Shown: positions 8,336 to 17,805, counted from the first letter of the stretch. The stretch: 28,428 nucleotides of DNA from Anaerolineales bacterium (GCA_947503585.1 CANNEJ010000001.1:1-28428); one strand, 5' to 3'. Made by a program: numbers and translations. The notes: a model not told the origin generated them from the sequence alone.

Positions 8336-11065
8336 ATGACTAAACTTCCTGCCGACCCGTTTGGCGCGCGCAGCCAACTCGGCGAATACATCATCTTCCG
8401 GCTCGACGCGCTGGCAAAGCGCGGCCTGGGCAGCGGGCAGCACCTGCCATTTTCAATTCGCGTATTGCTGGAAGGATTACTGCGCAACTGCGACGGTTAT
8501 CTCGTGCAGGCAGCGGATGTGGAACGCCTGGCAGCATGGAACGCAGCGCAACCTGCTGCCAACGAGCTGCCGTTTATGCCGGCGCGCGTGATTATGCAGG
8601 ATTTTACCGGCGTGCCATGCGTGGTGGATCTGGCTGCAATGCGCGACGCCATGCGCCGCCTGGGCGGCGACCCGCAGCGCATCAACCCGCTTGTGCCCGT
8701 CGATCTGGTGATCGACCACTCCGTGCAGGTGGACTACTTTGCCGACGGGCTTGCGCTGCTGCGCAACTCCGAGCTGGAGTTCAAGCGCAACGGCGAACGC
8801 TACGAGTTTTTGCGCTGGGGTGCGAAAGCATTTGACAACTTGCGTGTCATCCCGCCCGCCACCGCCATCGTCCATCAAGTCAACCTTGAGTATTTAGCGC
8901 AGGGCGTGGTGAGCAAAATTGAAAGCGGCACAAACAAAACGCTGCTGTTCCCGGACACGCTCGTGGGCACTGATTCGCACACCACCATGATTAACGGGCT
9001 CGGTGTGCTGGGCTGGGGCGTGGGTGGCATCGAGGCCGAAGCCGTCATGCTTGGCCAGCCGTTGTACATTGTGACGCCACAGGTGATTGGCTTTAAATTG
9101 CAGGGGCAGCTGCGGGAAGGCGTTACCGCCACCGATTTGGTTTTAACGATCACGCAGATGCTGCGTGCCAAAGGCGTGGTGGACAAGTTTGTAGAATTCT
9201 TCGGACCGGGCCTTGGCGAAATGCCGCTGCCGGACCGCGCCACAATTGCAAACATGGCACCGGAGTACGGCGCCACCTGCGGCTTCTTTCCCACCGATGA
9301 TGAGACGCTGCGTTATCTGCGCAGCACCGGGCGCAGTTCTGCTGCCGGTTTGCTGGAGCGCTATGCCAAAGAGCAAGGGCTGTTCCGCAGCGCAAACACA
9401 CCAGACCCGCTGTTTACGGATACGCTGGCGCTGGACCTGGCAAGTGTGGAACCATCGCTGGCGGGCCCCAAACGCCCGCAAGACCGCGTGGCGCTGGCAG
9501 ATGTGCAGCGCACCTTTCGCGCAGCGCTGACCGCGCCCGTCAAGGAGCGCGGCTTCGGGCTGGCAGCCGCCGAAGCAAGCCGCAGCGTACCGTTGGAAGA
9601 CGGCGGCAGCAGTGCCACCGTTCCACAAAATATTGGTAACGGCGCGGTTGTGATTGCAGCCATCACCTCTTGCACCAACACCAGCAACCCCAGCGTGATG
9701 CTGGGTGCGGGCTTGCTGGCCAAAAAGGCGGTGGAGCGCGGCCTGCGCGTCAAGCCGTTTGTGAAGACCAGCCTGGCACCGGGCTCAAAGGTAGTGACCG
9801 AGTACCTGCGCGAGTCCGGCACGCTGCCGTTCCTTGAGCAGCTTGGGTTCAATGTGGCTGCATATGGCTGCACAACTTGCATCGGCAACAGCGGGCCGCT
9901 GCCCGCAGCCGTGGTGAAGGCGATCGGCGCCGGCAACCTTGTGGCCGCTGCCGTGATTTCGGGCAACCGGAACTTTGAGGGCCGCGTGCATCCGCATGTA
10001 AAGGCAAACTATCTGGCATCGCCGCCGCTGGTTGTGGCGTACGCTCTGGCCGGCACCACGTACATTGACCTGACACAGGACGCGCTGGGAACCGGCACTG
10101 ACGTGCAGCCCGTGTATCTGCGCGATATCTGGCCGTCGCAACGCGAAGTGGCCGATGCCATCGCCAGTTCGATCAAGCCTGAGATGTTCACGCGCTCCTA
10201 CGGCAACGCATTTGATGGCAACCCGCAATGGAATGCCATTCCGGTCAGTGACGGAGCCCTGTACCCGTGGCGCGCGGATTCCACTTACATTCAGAACCCG
10301 CCGTTCTTTGAAAATCTGGAGTTGGAACCGGCTGCGCTTACAGAAATTCGCGGCGCGCGTGTGCTGGCCATGCTGGGCGACAGCATCACCACCGATCACA
10401 TTTCTCCCGCCGGAAATATTGCGCGCGAGTCGCCGGCGGGCCGCTACCTGCTGGATGCCGGCGTGGAGCCGGCAGACTTTAACCAGTACGGTACGCGGCG
10501 CGGCAATGACCGCGTGATGACACGCGGCACCTTTGCCAATATCCGGCTCAAGAATTTATTGCTGGGCGGCGCAGAGGGCGGCAACACGCTCTACTTTGAG
10601 GCGGGCAAGCCGGCTCCCGAAACAATGCCCATCTACGATGCCGCCATGCGCTACAAGCAGGCGGGAACGGCGCTTATCCTGCTGGTGGGACGCGAGTACG
10701 GCAGCGGCTCCAGCCGGGACTGGGCCGCAAAAGGCGCGCATCTTTTGGGCGTGCGTGCGGTGCTGGCAGAATCATTTGAGCGCATCCATCGCAGCAATCT
10801 GGTGGGCATGGGAGTGCTGCCGCTGGTGTATAGCGCGGGCGCCACGGCTGAGTCTTTGGGCCTGACCGGCCATGAAGCATTTGACGTACTTGGAATTGCC
10901 GGCGCGCTGCAGCCGCGCCAGGCGCTGCAGGTTGTGGCAACGCATCCGGGCGGGCGGCGCACGGAGTTCACCGTCCTCGCACGCATCGACACACCGGTGG
11001 AAGTGGAGTACTACCGCAACGGCGGCATCCTGCAAACCGTGCTGCGCAAACTGGTGCGCAATTAA
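8336..11065 (+). CDS. acnA: Aconitate hydratase A
   Basis: 909 aa; [34 protein letters not shown] and [10 protein letters not shown] (Fe-S cysteines), [21 protein letters not shown]. Confidence 0.97.
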   Translation: MTKLPADPFGARSQLGEYIIFRLDALAKRGLGSGQHLPFSIRVLLEGLLRNCDGYLVQAADVERLAAWNAAQPAANELPFMPARVIMQDFTGVPCVVDLAAMRDAMRRLGGDPQRINPLVPVDLVIDHSVQVDYFADGLALLRNSELEFKRNGERYEFLRWGAKAFDNLRVIPPATAIVHQVNLEYLAQGVVSKIESGTNKTLLFPDTLVGTDSHTTMINGLGVLGWGVGGIEAEAVMLGQPLYIVTPQVIGFKLQGQLREGVTATDLVLTITQMLRAKGVVDKFVEFFGPGLGEMPLPDRATIANMAPEYGATCGFFPTDDETLRYLRSTGRSSAAGLLERYAKEQGLFRSANTPDPLFTDTLALDLASVEPSLAGPKRPQDRVALADVQRTFRAALTAPVKERGFGLAAAEASRSVPLEDGGSSATVPQNIGNGAVVIAAITSCTNTSNPSVMLGAGLLAKKAVERGLRVKPFVKTSLAPGSKVVTEYLRESGTLPFLEQLGFNVAAYGCTTCIGNSGPLPAAVVKAIGAGNLVAAAVISGNRNFEGRVHPHVKANYLASPPLVVAYALAGTTYIDLTQDALGTGTDVQPVYLRDIWPSQREVADAIASSIKPEMFTRSYGNAFDGNPQWNAIPVSDGALYPWRADSTYIQNPPFFENLELEPAALTEIRGARVLAMLGDSITTDHISPAGNIARESPAGRYLLDAGVEPADFNQYGTRRGNDRVMTRGTFANIRLKNLLLGGAEGGNTLYFEAGKPAPETMPIYDAAMRYKQAGTALILLVGREYGSGSSRDWAAKGAHLLGVRAVLAESFERIHRSNLVGMGVLPLVYSAGATAESLGLTGHEAFDVLGIAGALQPRQALQVVATHPGGRRTEFTVLARIDTPVEVEYYRNGGILQTVLRKLVRN

Positions 11066-11083
11066 ATTCTTGGGCCGGTAACG

Positions 11084-11113
11084 GCTGCCGCAGCCGGCAA
11101 CTGGTGCGGCAGC
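11084..11113. terminator. GC-rich hairpin between the convergent acnA and the minus-strand gene
   Basis: GCTGCCGCA (11084-11092) and TGCGGCAGC (11105-11113) form a perfect 9-bp stem, extendable by CCGG/CTGG. There is no U-tract. Confidence 0.45.
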
Positions 11114-11114
11114 G

Positions 11115-12365
11115 TTATGCTGCTGCGCCCGGTCTGGAAAAGTTTGTGTAGTGGTATTGGATGCGGCCGTCGCGCAGGCCGAGCGTATCCTTGCCGGACT
11201 GTACTGCGCTCCCGGACTTTTCCCAGCGCCATTCAAAAGCCCACGAGTTGTCTTTGCCGCGCGCATCCACAACCGTAAAGCGTCCGCCGGCGAGCAGTTC
11301 GCCTAGCAGCTGTTGATACCACTGGCGGATGGCCGGCGCCCCAAAGATCATGCGCTTTGCAGAAACATGGCCGGCGTTGGCTTGATAAAGCGCCACGAGT
11401 GCATCAAGGTTGGCACTGTTGGCTGCTGCCAGCCACTGCTGCAGTAACACGTTGGGGAGTGCAGGCTGCGGTGCGGGCTGGGCAACCGGCTGTGGTGCAG
11501 GCTGGGCGACCGGCTGTGGTTGGATAACCGGCGCCACAGGCTGCGCAACGGGCTGCGGCTGCGGCTGCGGAACCGGCAGCGGCTGGGCAATCGGCCGCGC
11601 ATCAGCCTGCCAGTCAAAACGCGCCACCGCATTCCACAGGTGCTGGTTTCCAGCCGAGGTCGCCCAATCCCAAGAATTTGCCGCCAGCATGCCCAACTCG
11701 CGCGCCTTCATGTAAAAAACTGCCTGATCTTCGGCGGTTGCCACCCAGCCACCGGCCCCATAGGTCGCGCCCGTGGGCACCACCGGGCGCTGGTATCCCA
11801 CCAGGCTCATATTTGCAAACTCGCGTGCGGAGCGCTCCAGCTGCCGGTCCGGATTATGCGCTTGCTCCCAGTACACCTGCGGCATATTCAGATCGCACTT
11901 CTCCAAAAACGCCGCCCACGGCAGCTCGCGATGATACGACGGATAGCGGTAGGAACTCAGGGCAATCAGCATGTTTGGCAGGCCGGCTCGCAGGTCGGTC
12001 ATGTAGGCGCGCGCTGCTGCAGCTTTACCCGCAGTCTTGTACTCGCCTTCGGCATCAATGACGTAACCGTCGAGGTTGAGCGCCCGCGAGCGCTCCACTG
12101 CCACCTTCGCTTCGCCGGTGGGATCATCCCCTTTCACATAATGCCAGCCCCATGCCTGCACACCCCGATTGTGCAGCGCAACCACAACCGGCCGCACAAG
12201 ATCCCGGTTCTGCTTGTCAAAGCCAAACGGGTAGCGCGTGTCCGCAATTTTTAGCAGCACATGCGAAAGCCCGGCTGCGACCGCCTTTGCAGCAATCGCC
12301 TCCGGGTTGCCACCCTCACAATTTGCCACCCGCCATATGAAGAATCCCTTGCCTGTAAGTGCCAT
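11115..12365 (-). CDS. Uncharacterised fusion: TIM-barrel glycoside-hydrolase-like domain, Pro/Gln linker, NTF2/SnoaL-like domain
   Basis: The N-terminal ~250 aa have a beta/alpha pattern with YVIDAE (DxE) and MPQVYW. A PVAQP-rich linker follows, then a C-terminal ~110 aa with ANLDALVALY...AIRQWY...GKDTLGLRDGRIQYHY. Confidence 0.7.
   Translation of the reverse strand: MALTGKGFFIWRVANCEGGNPEAIAAKAVAAGLSHVLLKIADTRYPFGFDKQNRDLVRPVVVALHNRGVQAWGWHYVKGDDPTGEAKVAVERSRALNLDGYVIDAEGEYKTAGKAAAARAYMTDLRAGLPNMLIALSSYRYPSYHRELPWAAFLEKCDLNMPQVYWEQAHNPDRQLERSAREFANMSLVGYQRPVVPTGATYGAGGWVATAEDQAVFYMKARELGMLAANSWDWATSAGNQHLWNAVARFDWQADARPIAQPLPVPQPQPQPVAQPVAPVIQPQPVAQPAPQPVAQPAPQPALPNVLLQQWLAAANSANLDALVALYQANAGHVSAKRMIFGAPAIRQWYQQLLGELLAGGRFTVVDARGKDNSWAFEWRWEKSGSAVQSGKDTLGLRDGRIQYHYTNFSRPGAAA
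11464..11511 (-). repeat. Two tandem 24-nt coding repeats within a longer Pro/Gln/Ala/Val linker (to about 11595)
   Basis: ggctgcggtgcgggctgggcaacc and ggctgtggtgcaggctgggcgacc are 21/24 identical; they encode the repeated VAQPAPQP. Confidence 0.8.
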
Positions 12366-12439
12366 ATTGAATCAGCTAAAATTATCCGAGGATACAGGAG
12401 CAAGTATCGTGCCGCGCCCGGGCGCCCACATAAATTGCC

Positions 12440-14698
12440 ATGGAACTTGCCAAACTAGTAGACAGCCTGCCGACTGGCACCCCGCTCCCTGAGCGGCTGC
12501 TGGTGGAGCGCGCGCATGAGTTTGCTGCGCGCCAGCATGCGGGACAGATGCGCGCCTCGGGCCATCCGTATCTGCAACACTGCATGGCAGTCGCCGAAAT
12601 TCTAGCGGGCCTCAATCTGCCGGCCGCTGCCATTGCGGCCGCGCTGCTGCATGATGTGGTGGAAGATACCAGCACAACCGTGGCCGACCTGCAGCGCGAG
12701 TTCAATCCGGAAATTGCGCGGCTGGTGGATGGCGTCACACAGCTGACACAGCAAGTGGCGCGGGTGGACAAAGCCGGCGCACCCGACCCAGCCCCAGCAT
12801 TGCCGGGCACCATCACCGCGCAGCGTGCCGACACCATTCGCAAAACATTTCTGGCAATGGGCGACGATGTGCGCATTATGCTCATCAAACTAGCCGACCG
12901 CCTGCACAACATGCGCACGCTGGCGCACCTGCCGGCCGCCAAACGCCAGCGCATCGCCCAAGAGACGCTCGATATCTTTGCGCCGCTGGCCAACCGCCTT
13001 GGCATTTGGCAGTTCAAGTGGGAGCTGGAAGACCTGGGCATGCGCCACACCAACCCGGCGCGCTACAAAGAGCTGGCGGCAGCGCTGCAAATGGGCCATG
13101 GCGACCGCGAACGCGTGATGGCCGAAATTGTGAAGCGCATGGAGCGCGAGCTGCAGTTGCAAGGCATTACCGCCGACGTTACCGGCCGGCCCAAGCACTT
13201 GTATAGCATCTGGCGCAAGATGGAACGCAAAGAAGTGACGTTTGAAAAAGTGTTCGACGTGCGCGCACTGCGCGTGGTAGTGCACTCCACCGCCGCCGAA
13301 GCGGGGGAGGACGAGCAGGCGCACGAGCGCCGCGAGAAACTGGCGATCGCCAACTGTTATGTGGTACTCGGCCTTGCGCACCAGATCTGGAAGCCGATCC
13401 CCGGGGAATTTGACGATTACATCGCCACGCCCAAGGACAACTTTTACCGCTCACTGCATACCGCCGTGGTGTATGACGATGGCAAAACACTCGAGGTACA
13501 GATCCGCACGCGGGAGATGGACCAAAACGCCAACCTTGGAATTGCTGCACACTGGCGCTACAAGGAGGGCAACCGCAAGCTGGATAAATCCTTTGACCAG
13601 CGGGTGGAGTGGCTGCGCTCCATGATGGACTGGCGCAGTGCCGTGACCGACGGACCGGAGTTTGTGGATGCCCTAAAGTCTGACTTGTTTCCGGACCGCG
13701 TGCTGATCTTCACGCCACGCGGCGACATCATCGACCTGCCGGCCGGCGCAACACCGATTGACTTTGCCTATCACGTGCACACCTCAGTGGGCGAACGCTG
13801 CCGCGGCTCCAAGGTGAACGGCAAACTGGTTCCGCTGAATTACGCACTGCACACCGGCGAGCGCGTGGAAATTCTGACCGCCAAGCGCGGCGGCCCGAGC
13901 CGCGACTGGCTGAACATCGAGCTCGGCTACGTGGCCTCGGCCCGCGCCCGCGAAAAAATTCGCACCTACTTCAAACTGCAAGACCGCGACAACAATGTGG
14001 TGGCCGGACGCCGCATGCTTGACCACGAATTGAAGCGCCTCAATCTGGCCGGGGTATTGCTGGACGAACTGGCCACCGAGTTCAATTTTGAAAAAGCAGA
14101 CGACCTGCTTGCGGCAATCGGCTGCCATGACCTGAGCAGCCACACCGTAATCAACCACGTGGTGCGCCAACTGCGCGCCGGACAAACCGACGAGGCGCGG
14201 CTGCTGCCGCCGCCAGACAGCACGCGGCACGGCGCACCGGTTGAAACCACTGAAGTGAGCGTACTGGGAACCGGCGGCTTGCTCACGCGCCTCGCCAGCT
14301 GTTGCAGTCCGCTGCCCGGCGATGACATTGTGGGCTACACCACGCGCACGCGCGGGATCTCAATTCACCGCGGCGACTGCCCCAATGTGCTTGCAACACG
14401 CGAACCCGAACGGCTGCTGGCATGCAGCTGGGGCCGCGAAGCTGCGCGCTCCTACCCCGTGCCGCTGCGCATTGTGGCCTTCGACCGCGCCGGCCTAATG
14501 CGCGACATTGCCACGCGCGTGGCCAACGAGCATGTGAGTATTAAAGCGTTCGACATGCAGCCCGACCAGGGGCACGTGGTGCTGATGCAGATGACCATCG
14601 ACGTCTCCAACCTTGCGCAGCTGCGCAAAGTGCTGAGCGGCATTGAGCAGGTGCCCAACGTGACAGAAGTGCACCGGATAAAACCGGGGAAGACCTAG
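12440..14698 (+). CDS. relA: Long RelA/SpoT homologue (HD hydrolase, synthetase, TGS, ZFD, ACT)
   Basis: HDVVEDT, KLADRLHNMRTL, GRPKHLYSIWRKM, YRSLHT, EVQIRT, GIAAHWRYK, ATPIDFAYHVHT (TGS), CCSPLPGD and HRGDC. Confidence 0.96.
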   Translation: MELAKLVDSLPTGTPLPERLLVERAHEFAARQHAGQMRASGHPYLQHCMAVAEILAGLNLPAAAIAAALLHDVVEDTSTTVADLQREFNPEIARLVDGVTQLTQQVARVDKAGAPDPAPALPGTITAQRADTIRKTFLAMGDDVRIMLIKLADRLHNMRTLAHLPAAKRQRIAQETLDIFAPLANRLGIWQFKWELEDLGMRHTNPARYKELAAALQMGHGDRERVMAEIVKRMERELQLQGITADVTGRPKHLYSIWRKMERKEVTFEKVFDVRALRVVVHSTAAEAGEDEQAHERREKLAIANCYVVLGLAHQIWKPIPGEFDDYIATPKDNFYRSLHTAVVYDDGKTLEVQIRTREMDQNANLGIAAHWRYKEGNRKLDKSFDQRVEWLRSMMDWRSAVTDGPEFVDALKSDLFPDRVLIFTPRGDIIDLPAGATPIDFAYHVHTSVGERCRGSKVNGKLVPLNYALHTGERVEILTAKRGGPSRDWLNIELGYVASARAREKIRTYFKLQDRDNNVVAGRRMLDHELKRLNLAGVLLDELATEFNFEKADDLLAAIGCHDLSSHTVINHVVRQLRAGQTDEARLLPPPDSTRHGAPVETTEVSVLGTGGLLTRLASCCSPLPGDDIVGYTTRTRGISIHRGDCPNVLATREPERLLACSWGREAARSYPVPLRIVAFDRAGLMRDIATRVANEHVSIKAFDMQPDQGHVVLMQMTIDVSNLAQLRKVLSGIEQVPNVTEVHRIKPGKT

Positions 14699-14702
14699 CT
14701 AA

Positions 14703-15941
14703 ATGCTCAGCGTAGCAGAAGCACGCAGCCGCATTATTGCCCGCCTGCAGCCGGTGGCGGCAGAAACTGTGGACTTGGCAGTTGCGGCCGGGCGCATCCT
14801 TGCGCAGCCGGTATTTGCGCCGCATGCGCTGCCGCCATTTGCAAACTCCGCCATGGACGGCTACGCAGTGCGCGCCGCAGATTTGGCCACTGCCAGCTCC
14901 GCAGCCCCGGTAACCCTGCGCGTAATCGAAGACATCGCTGCCGGCCAGATTCCAAAATCAACCCTTAGCGCGGGAACTGTTGCGCGCATCACCACCGGCG
15001 CGCTGCTGCCGGCGGGCGCGGACGCCGTCATCCCGGTGGAATGGACCGGAACAGACCGGCCGCAATCTGCAGACCTTTGCCCACCCAATATCCGCGTGGC
15101 ACAGGGAGTCGAGCCCGGCCGATATATTCGCGCAGCAGGCAGCGATGTGAAGCAAGGAAAGCTGGCGCTACCGGCGGGTGCCCGGTTGTCTGGACCCGCG
15201 GTGGGCTTGCTGGCAGCGCTAGGCATCGGGCGCGTAGCGGTCGCCAGCCGCGTGCGCGTGGCGGTGCTATCAACCGGCAACGAGCTAGTGCCGCTTGGCA
15301 CACCGCTCGCTGCTGGAAAAATCCACAACTCAAACAGCTACACGCTGGCAGCCCTGATCCAAGAAGCAGGCTGCACTCCAATAGACCTCGGTATTGTGCC
15401 TGACTCCGTAGATGCCGTTGAACTCCGGCTCGAAGACGCAGTGCAGCAAGGCGCGCAGCTGATTGTTTCATCTGCCGGCGTTTCGATGGGCAATCTTGAT
15501 GTGGTGCGTCAAACTCTGGAAAAATCGCAGCGCGTCGATTTTTGGCAGGTGAATATGCGCCCGGGCAAGCCGGTGCTTTTTGGCGCACACAACGGCGTGC
15601 CATTCCTCGGACTGCCAGGCAACCCGGTTTCGGCCATCATTGCTTTTGAGTTGTTTGCGCGGCCGGCGCTGTTGCACATGAGCGGCTGTGCGCAATGGGA
15701 ACGGCCGGTGGTTATGGCCCGCCTAGCCGCGGACATCCAATCCGACGGGCGTGAGACTTATGTGCGCGCGCGCGTGGAACTTGATGAGCGCAGTGGCGAG
15801 CTCAGCGCCCGCACCAGCGGTGGCCAGGACTCGCACATGCTCGGCGCACTGGCCAACGCCAACGCGTTGCTAATTATTCCAGCGGGTGTAAAATCCGTGC
15901 GCGGTGGGGATCTATTAAAAGCTTGGCTGCTACCGGTCTAG
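14703..15941 (+). CDS. moeA: Molybdopterin molybdotransferase
   Basis: PPFANSAMDGYA, RITTGALLPAGADAV, STGNEL, NSNSYTL, MRPGKP and GLPGNPVSA motifs. Confidence 0.94.
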   Translation: MLSVAEARSRIIARLQPVAAETVDLAVAAGRILAQPVFAPHALPPFANSAMDGYAVRAADLATASSAAPVTLRVIEDIAAGQIPKSTLSAGTVARITTGALLPAGADAVIPVEWTGTDRPQSADLCPPNIRVAQGVEPGRYIRAAGSDVKQGKLALPAGARLSGPAVGLLAALGIGRVAVASRVRVAVLSTGNELVPLGTPLAAGKIHNSNSYTLAALIQEAGCTPIDLGIVPDSVDAVELRLEDAVQQGAQLIVSSAGVSMGNLDVVRQTLEKSQRVDFWQVNMRPGKPVLFGAHNGVPFLGLPGNPVSAIIAFELFARPALLHMSGCAQWERPVVMARLAADIQSDGRETYVRARVELDERSGELSARTSGGQDSHMLGALANANALLIIPAGVKSVRGGDLLKAWLLPV

Positions 15942-15967
15942 TTTTTCCACTCTGCCAAAATTCTAAG

Positions 15968-16483
15968 ATGAATGGTAATGTTGCACCGTCCGCCGCAAAT
16001 CCTGTGGCTGGCCAGGCTGAAGACCAAAACAATACACCCGGCAGTTCATCGCTGCGCAACCGCATGTATTTGACCGGCCTCGGCTTGGCCGGATTGGGTG
16101 CCCTAGACAGCGCCTATCTGACCTATGTAAAATTTGCGGGCGCGCAAGCAGCTTGTGGTGGAATTGGCGATTGCGAAACAGTCAACAACAGCGCCTACTC
16201 GGCTATCGCCGGGGTGCCAATCGCCATTCTGGGACTGGCAGCTTATTTGGCAATCATTGCGCTGTTCTTGATGGAACGCGCGCGCCCGGCACATTCTGAA
16301 TTTGCGCGCCTCGCCGCGTTTGGTATGACGCTGATCGGAACAATCTATTCCGGCTGGCTTACTTATGTGGAAGTTGCAATCCTGGGCGCAATCTGCCCGT
16401 TTTGCGTCGCGTCCGCAGTTATCATCAGTCTGCTTTTTTTGATCTCAGTCCACCGCATGCTGGCTAGTGCGGACACAGCCTAG
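15968..16483 (+). CDS. Vitamin K epoxide reductase (VKOR) family protein
   Basis: Several TM helices, loop cysteine pair CGGIGDC..V..SAYS, and active-site CPFC. An alternative start lies at 16064. Confidence 0.9.
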   Translation: MNGNVAPSAANPVAGQAEDQNNTPGSSSLRNRMYLTGLGLAGLGALDSAYLTYVKFAGAQAACGGIGDCETVNNSAYSAIAGVPIAILGLAAYLAIIALFLMERARPAHSEFARLAAFGMTLIGTIYSGWLTYVEVAILGAICPFCVASAVIISLLFLISVHRMLASADTA

Positions 16484-16494
16484 AGGAGGGCTCA

Positions 16495-16926
16495 ATGGAA
16501 ATCGTCAAGCATCTGAATTCAGCTCGGGTTGATGTGTTAGCACACCAGCTGCAGCCGCTTCCCATAAATACCAAGAAAAAAGCTGCCAAAGATCCGGAGC
16601 CAGATGAAGATGATAATTTGGTGACGGACTTCGACGGCGAAGAAGAATTAGAAGTTGAGGAAGAAGCGGAAGAGGACGACGAAGACGACGAACTTGGCGA
16701 TGACGAGTTGGAGCAGGATGACGAAGATCCGGAAGAAAATGAAGAGTCAGATGAAGCGGACGATCTGGACGATCCAGAGACAGATGAGGAGGAGCCGGAA
16801 AAACCCGCGGCCGATGTTGCCGGGGAAGGGGAGCTGACGGTCGAAGATCTGGAAGAAGATGACGAAGAGATCGAAGATCTATATGGCGATGATGACGACG
16901 ACGACGATGATGACGACGACGATTAG
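16495..16926 (+). CDS. Hyperacidic, probably disordered hypothetical protein
   Basis: Strong SD (GAGGAGG) just upstream; 74 of 143 residues are D/E by manual count; ends in 12 Asp; followed by a terminator. Confidence 0.75.
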   Translation: MEIVKHLNSARVDVLAHQLQPLPINTKKKAAKDPEPDEDDNLVTDFDGEEELEVEEEAEEDDEDDELGDDELEQDDEDPEENEESDEADDLDDPETDEEEPEKPAADVAGEGELTVEDLEEDDEEIEDLYGDDDDDDDDDDDD

Positions 16927-16955
16927 CGAAAACTAACCGGGATCACAAATGCAAT

Positions 16956-16988
16956 GAGGGGCGCCGCTGGCGCCCCTCTTTTTTATTT
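16956..16988 (+). terminator. Rho-independent terminator
   Basis: Perfect 10-bp stem GAGGGGCGCC-GCT-GGCGCCCCTC followed by TTTTTTATTT. Confidence 0.9.
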
Positions 16989-17003
16989 CATGCAGTTTGG
17001 CTG

Positions 17004-17726
17004 CTACGTGCGGTGCTTAGCCAATGTGCGCTGCAGCAGATCTTCTCGGGCGGCGTCCACGCCCTTTTTCGCGCGCCGCTCGCGCTTTCCGCCGCGTGCG
17101 CCTGCCTCTGCGTTTGCCATTGCCGCGCTTAGCAGCATGCCCATGGCCGTCACCGCCGGCAGCTCCTCGGTGGCCACCGCTTCGATCATTTCGGCTTCAA
17201 GTGCACGCACGCTCAAGTCCAGCCGCCGGCGCCGGCGATCCACGCCAATCACTTTTGCCTCCAGCTCCGCGCCCTCCTTCACCACTTCATTCGCATGTTC
17301 CACCCGGTCGGCCGTAAGTTCGCGCACATGTATCAAACCGGGCTTCTCGGCGCCAATATCCAAAAACACTCCAAACTGTTCCACCCGCACTACCTTGCCG
17401 CGCCGCACTTGGCCCTCCGCCAGATCACGCCACTCTACCTCCACAGGCTTGTCCAGCGTGAGAAATATTGCGCCACCGACAGCATTCACTTTGCTCACCC
17501 ATACCGTAACCGCATCGCCAACCTTGGGCGGCGGGCCCGAGCGCCCGGGCGCAGACCGCTCCAGCTGTGAAAGGTGCAGCAAGCCCTCCCGGCCATCAGC
17601 CAGCTCCACCAGCGCGCCAAACAACTCGAGCTTTTTGATCCGGCCTTGCAGCTCCGCCTTCGGCTGCGGCGCCTGCTCCGCTGCAGGTTGATTGTTATCG
17701 GGAGATTGGCGTGATGGTGATTTCAA
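17004..17726 (-). CDS. S1 RNA-binding protein with two S1 domains (short S1 paralogue)
   Basis: GRIKKLELFGALVEL..GREGLLHLSQL and GKVVRVEQFGVFLDIG...GLIHVREL; TTG start with AAGGA upstream. Confidence 0.85.
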   Translation of the reverse strand: MKSPSRQSPDNNQPAAEQAPQPKAELQGRIKKLELFGALVELADGREGLLHLSQLERSAPGRSGPPPKVGDAVTVWVSKVNAVGGAIFLTLDKPVEVEWRDLAEGQVRRGKVVRVEQFGVFLDIGAEKPGLIHVRELTADRVEHANEVVKEGAELEAKVIGVDRRRRRLDLSVRALEAEMIEAVATEELPAVTAMGMLLSAAMANAEAGARGGKRERRAKKGVDAAREDLLQRTLAKHRT

Positions 17727-17805
17727 TTGGAATTGTTCCTTTGGGTATGAGACTCGCTCCGGCGAAGTCCGGCTCTCGAGTTACAGCCTAGCCCGCTGCT
17801 TCGCG

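Noticed and set aside
12409-12440. Frameshift making GTG 12409 the true rel start
   Set aside because: The N-terminus from ATG 12440 already has normal length before the RxSGxPY motif. Kept only as a uORF hypothesis.
16888-16923. GAY trinucleotide run as a microsatellite or array
   Set aside because: Mixed GAT/GAC codons encode poly-Asp; it is a coding feature, not a CRISPR array or pure repeat.
16954-17691. 245-aa plus-strand ORF
   Set aside because: Antisense to the S1 gene, begins inside the terminator, and is Ser/Arg-rich with no motifs.
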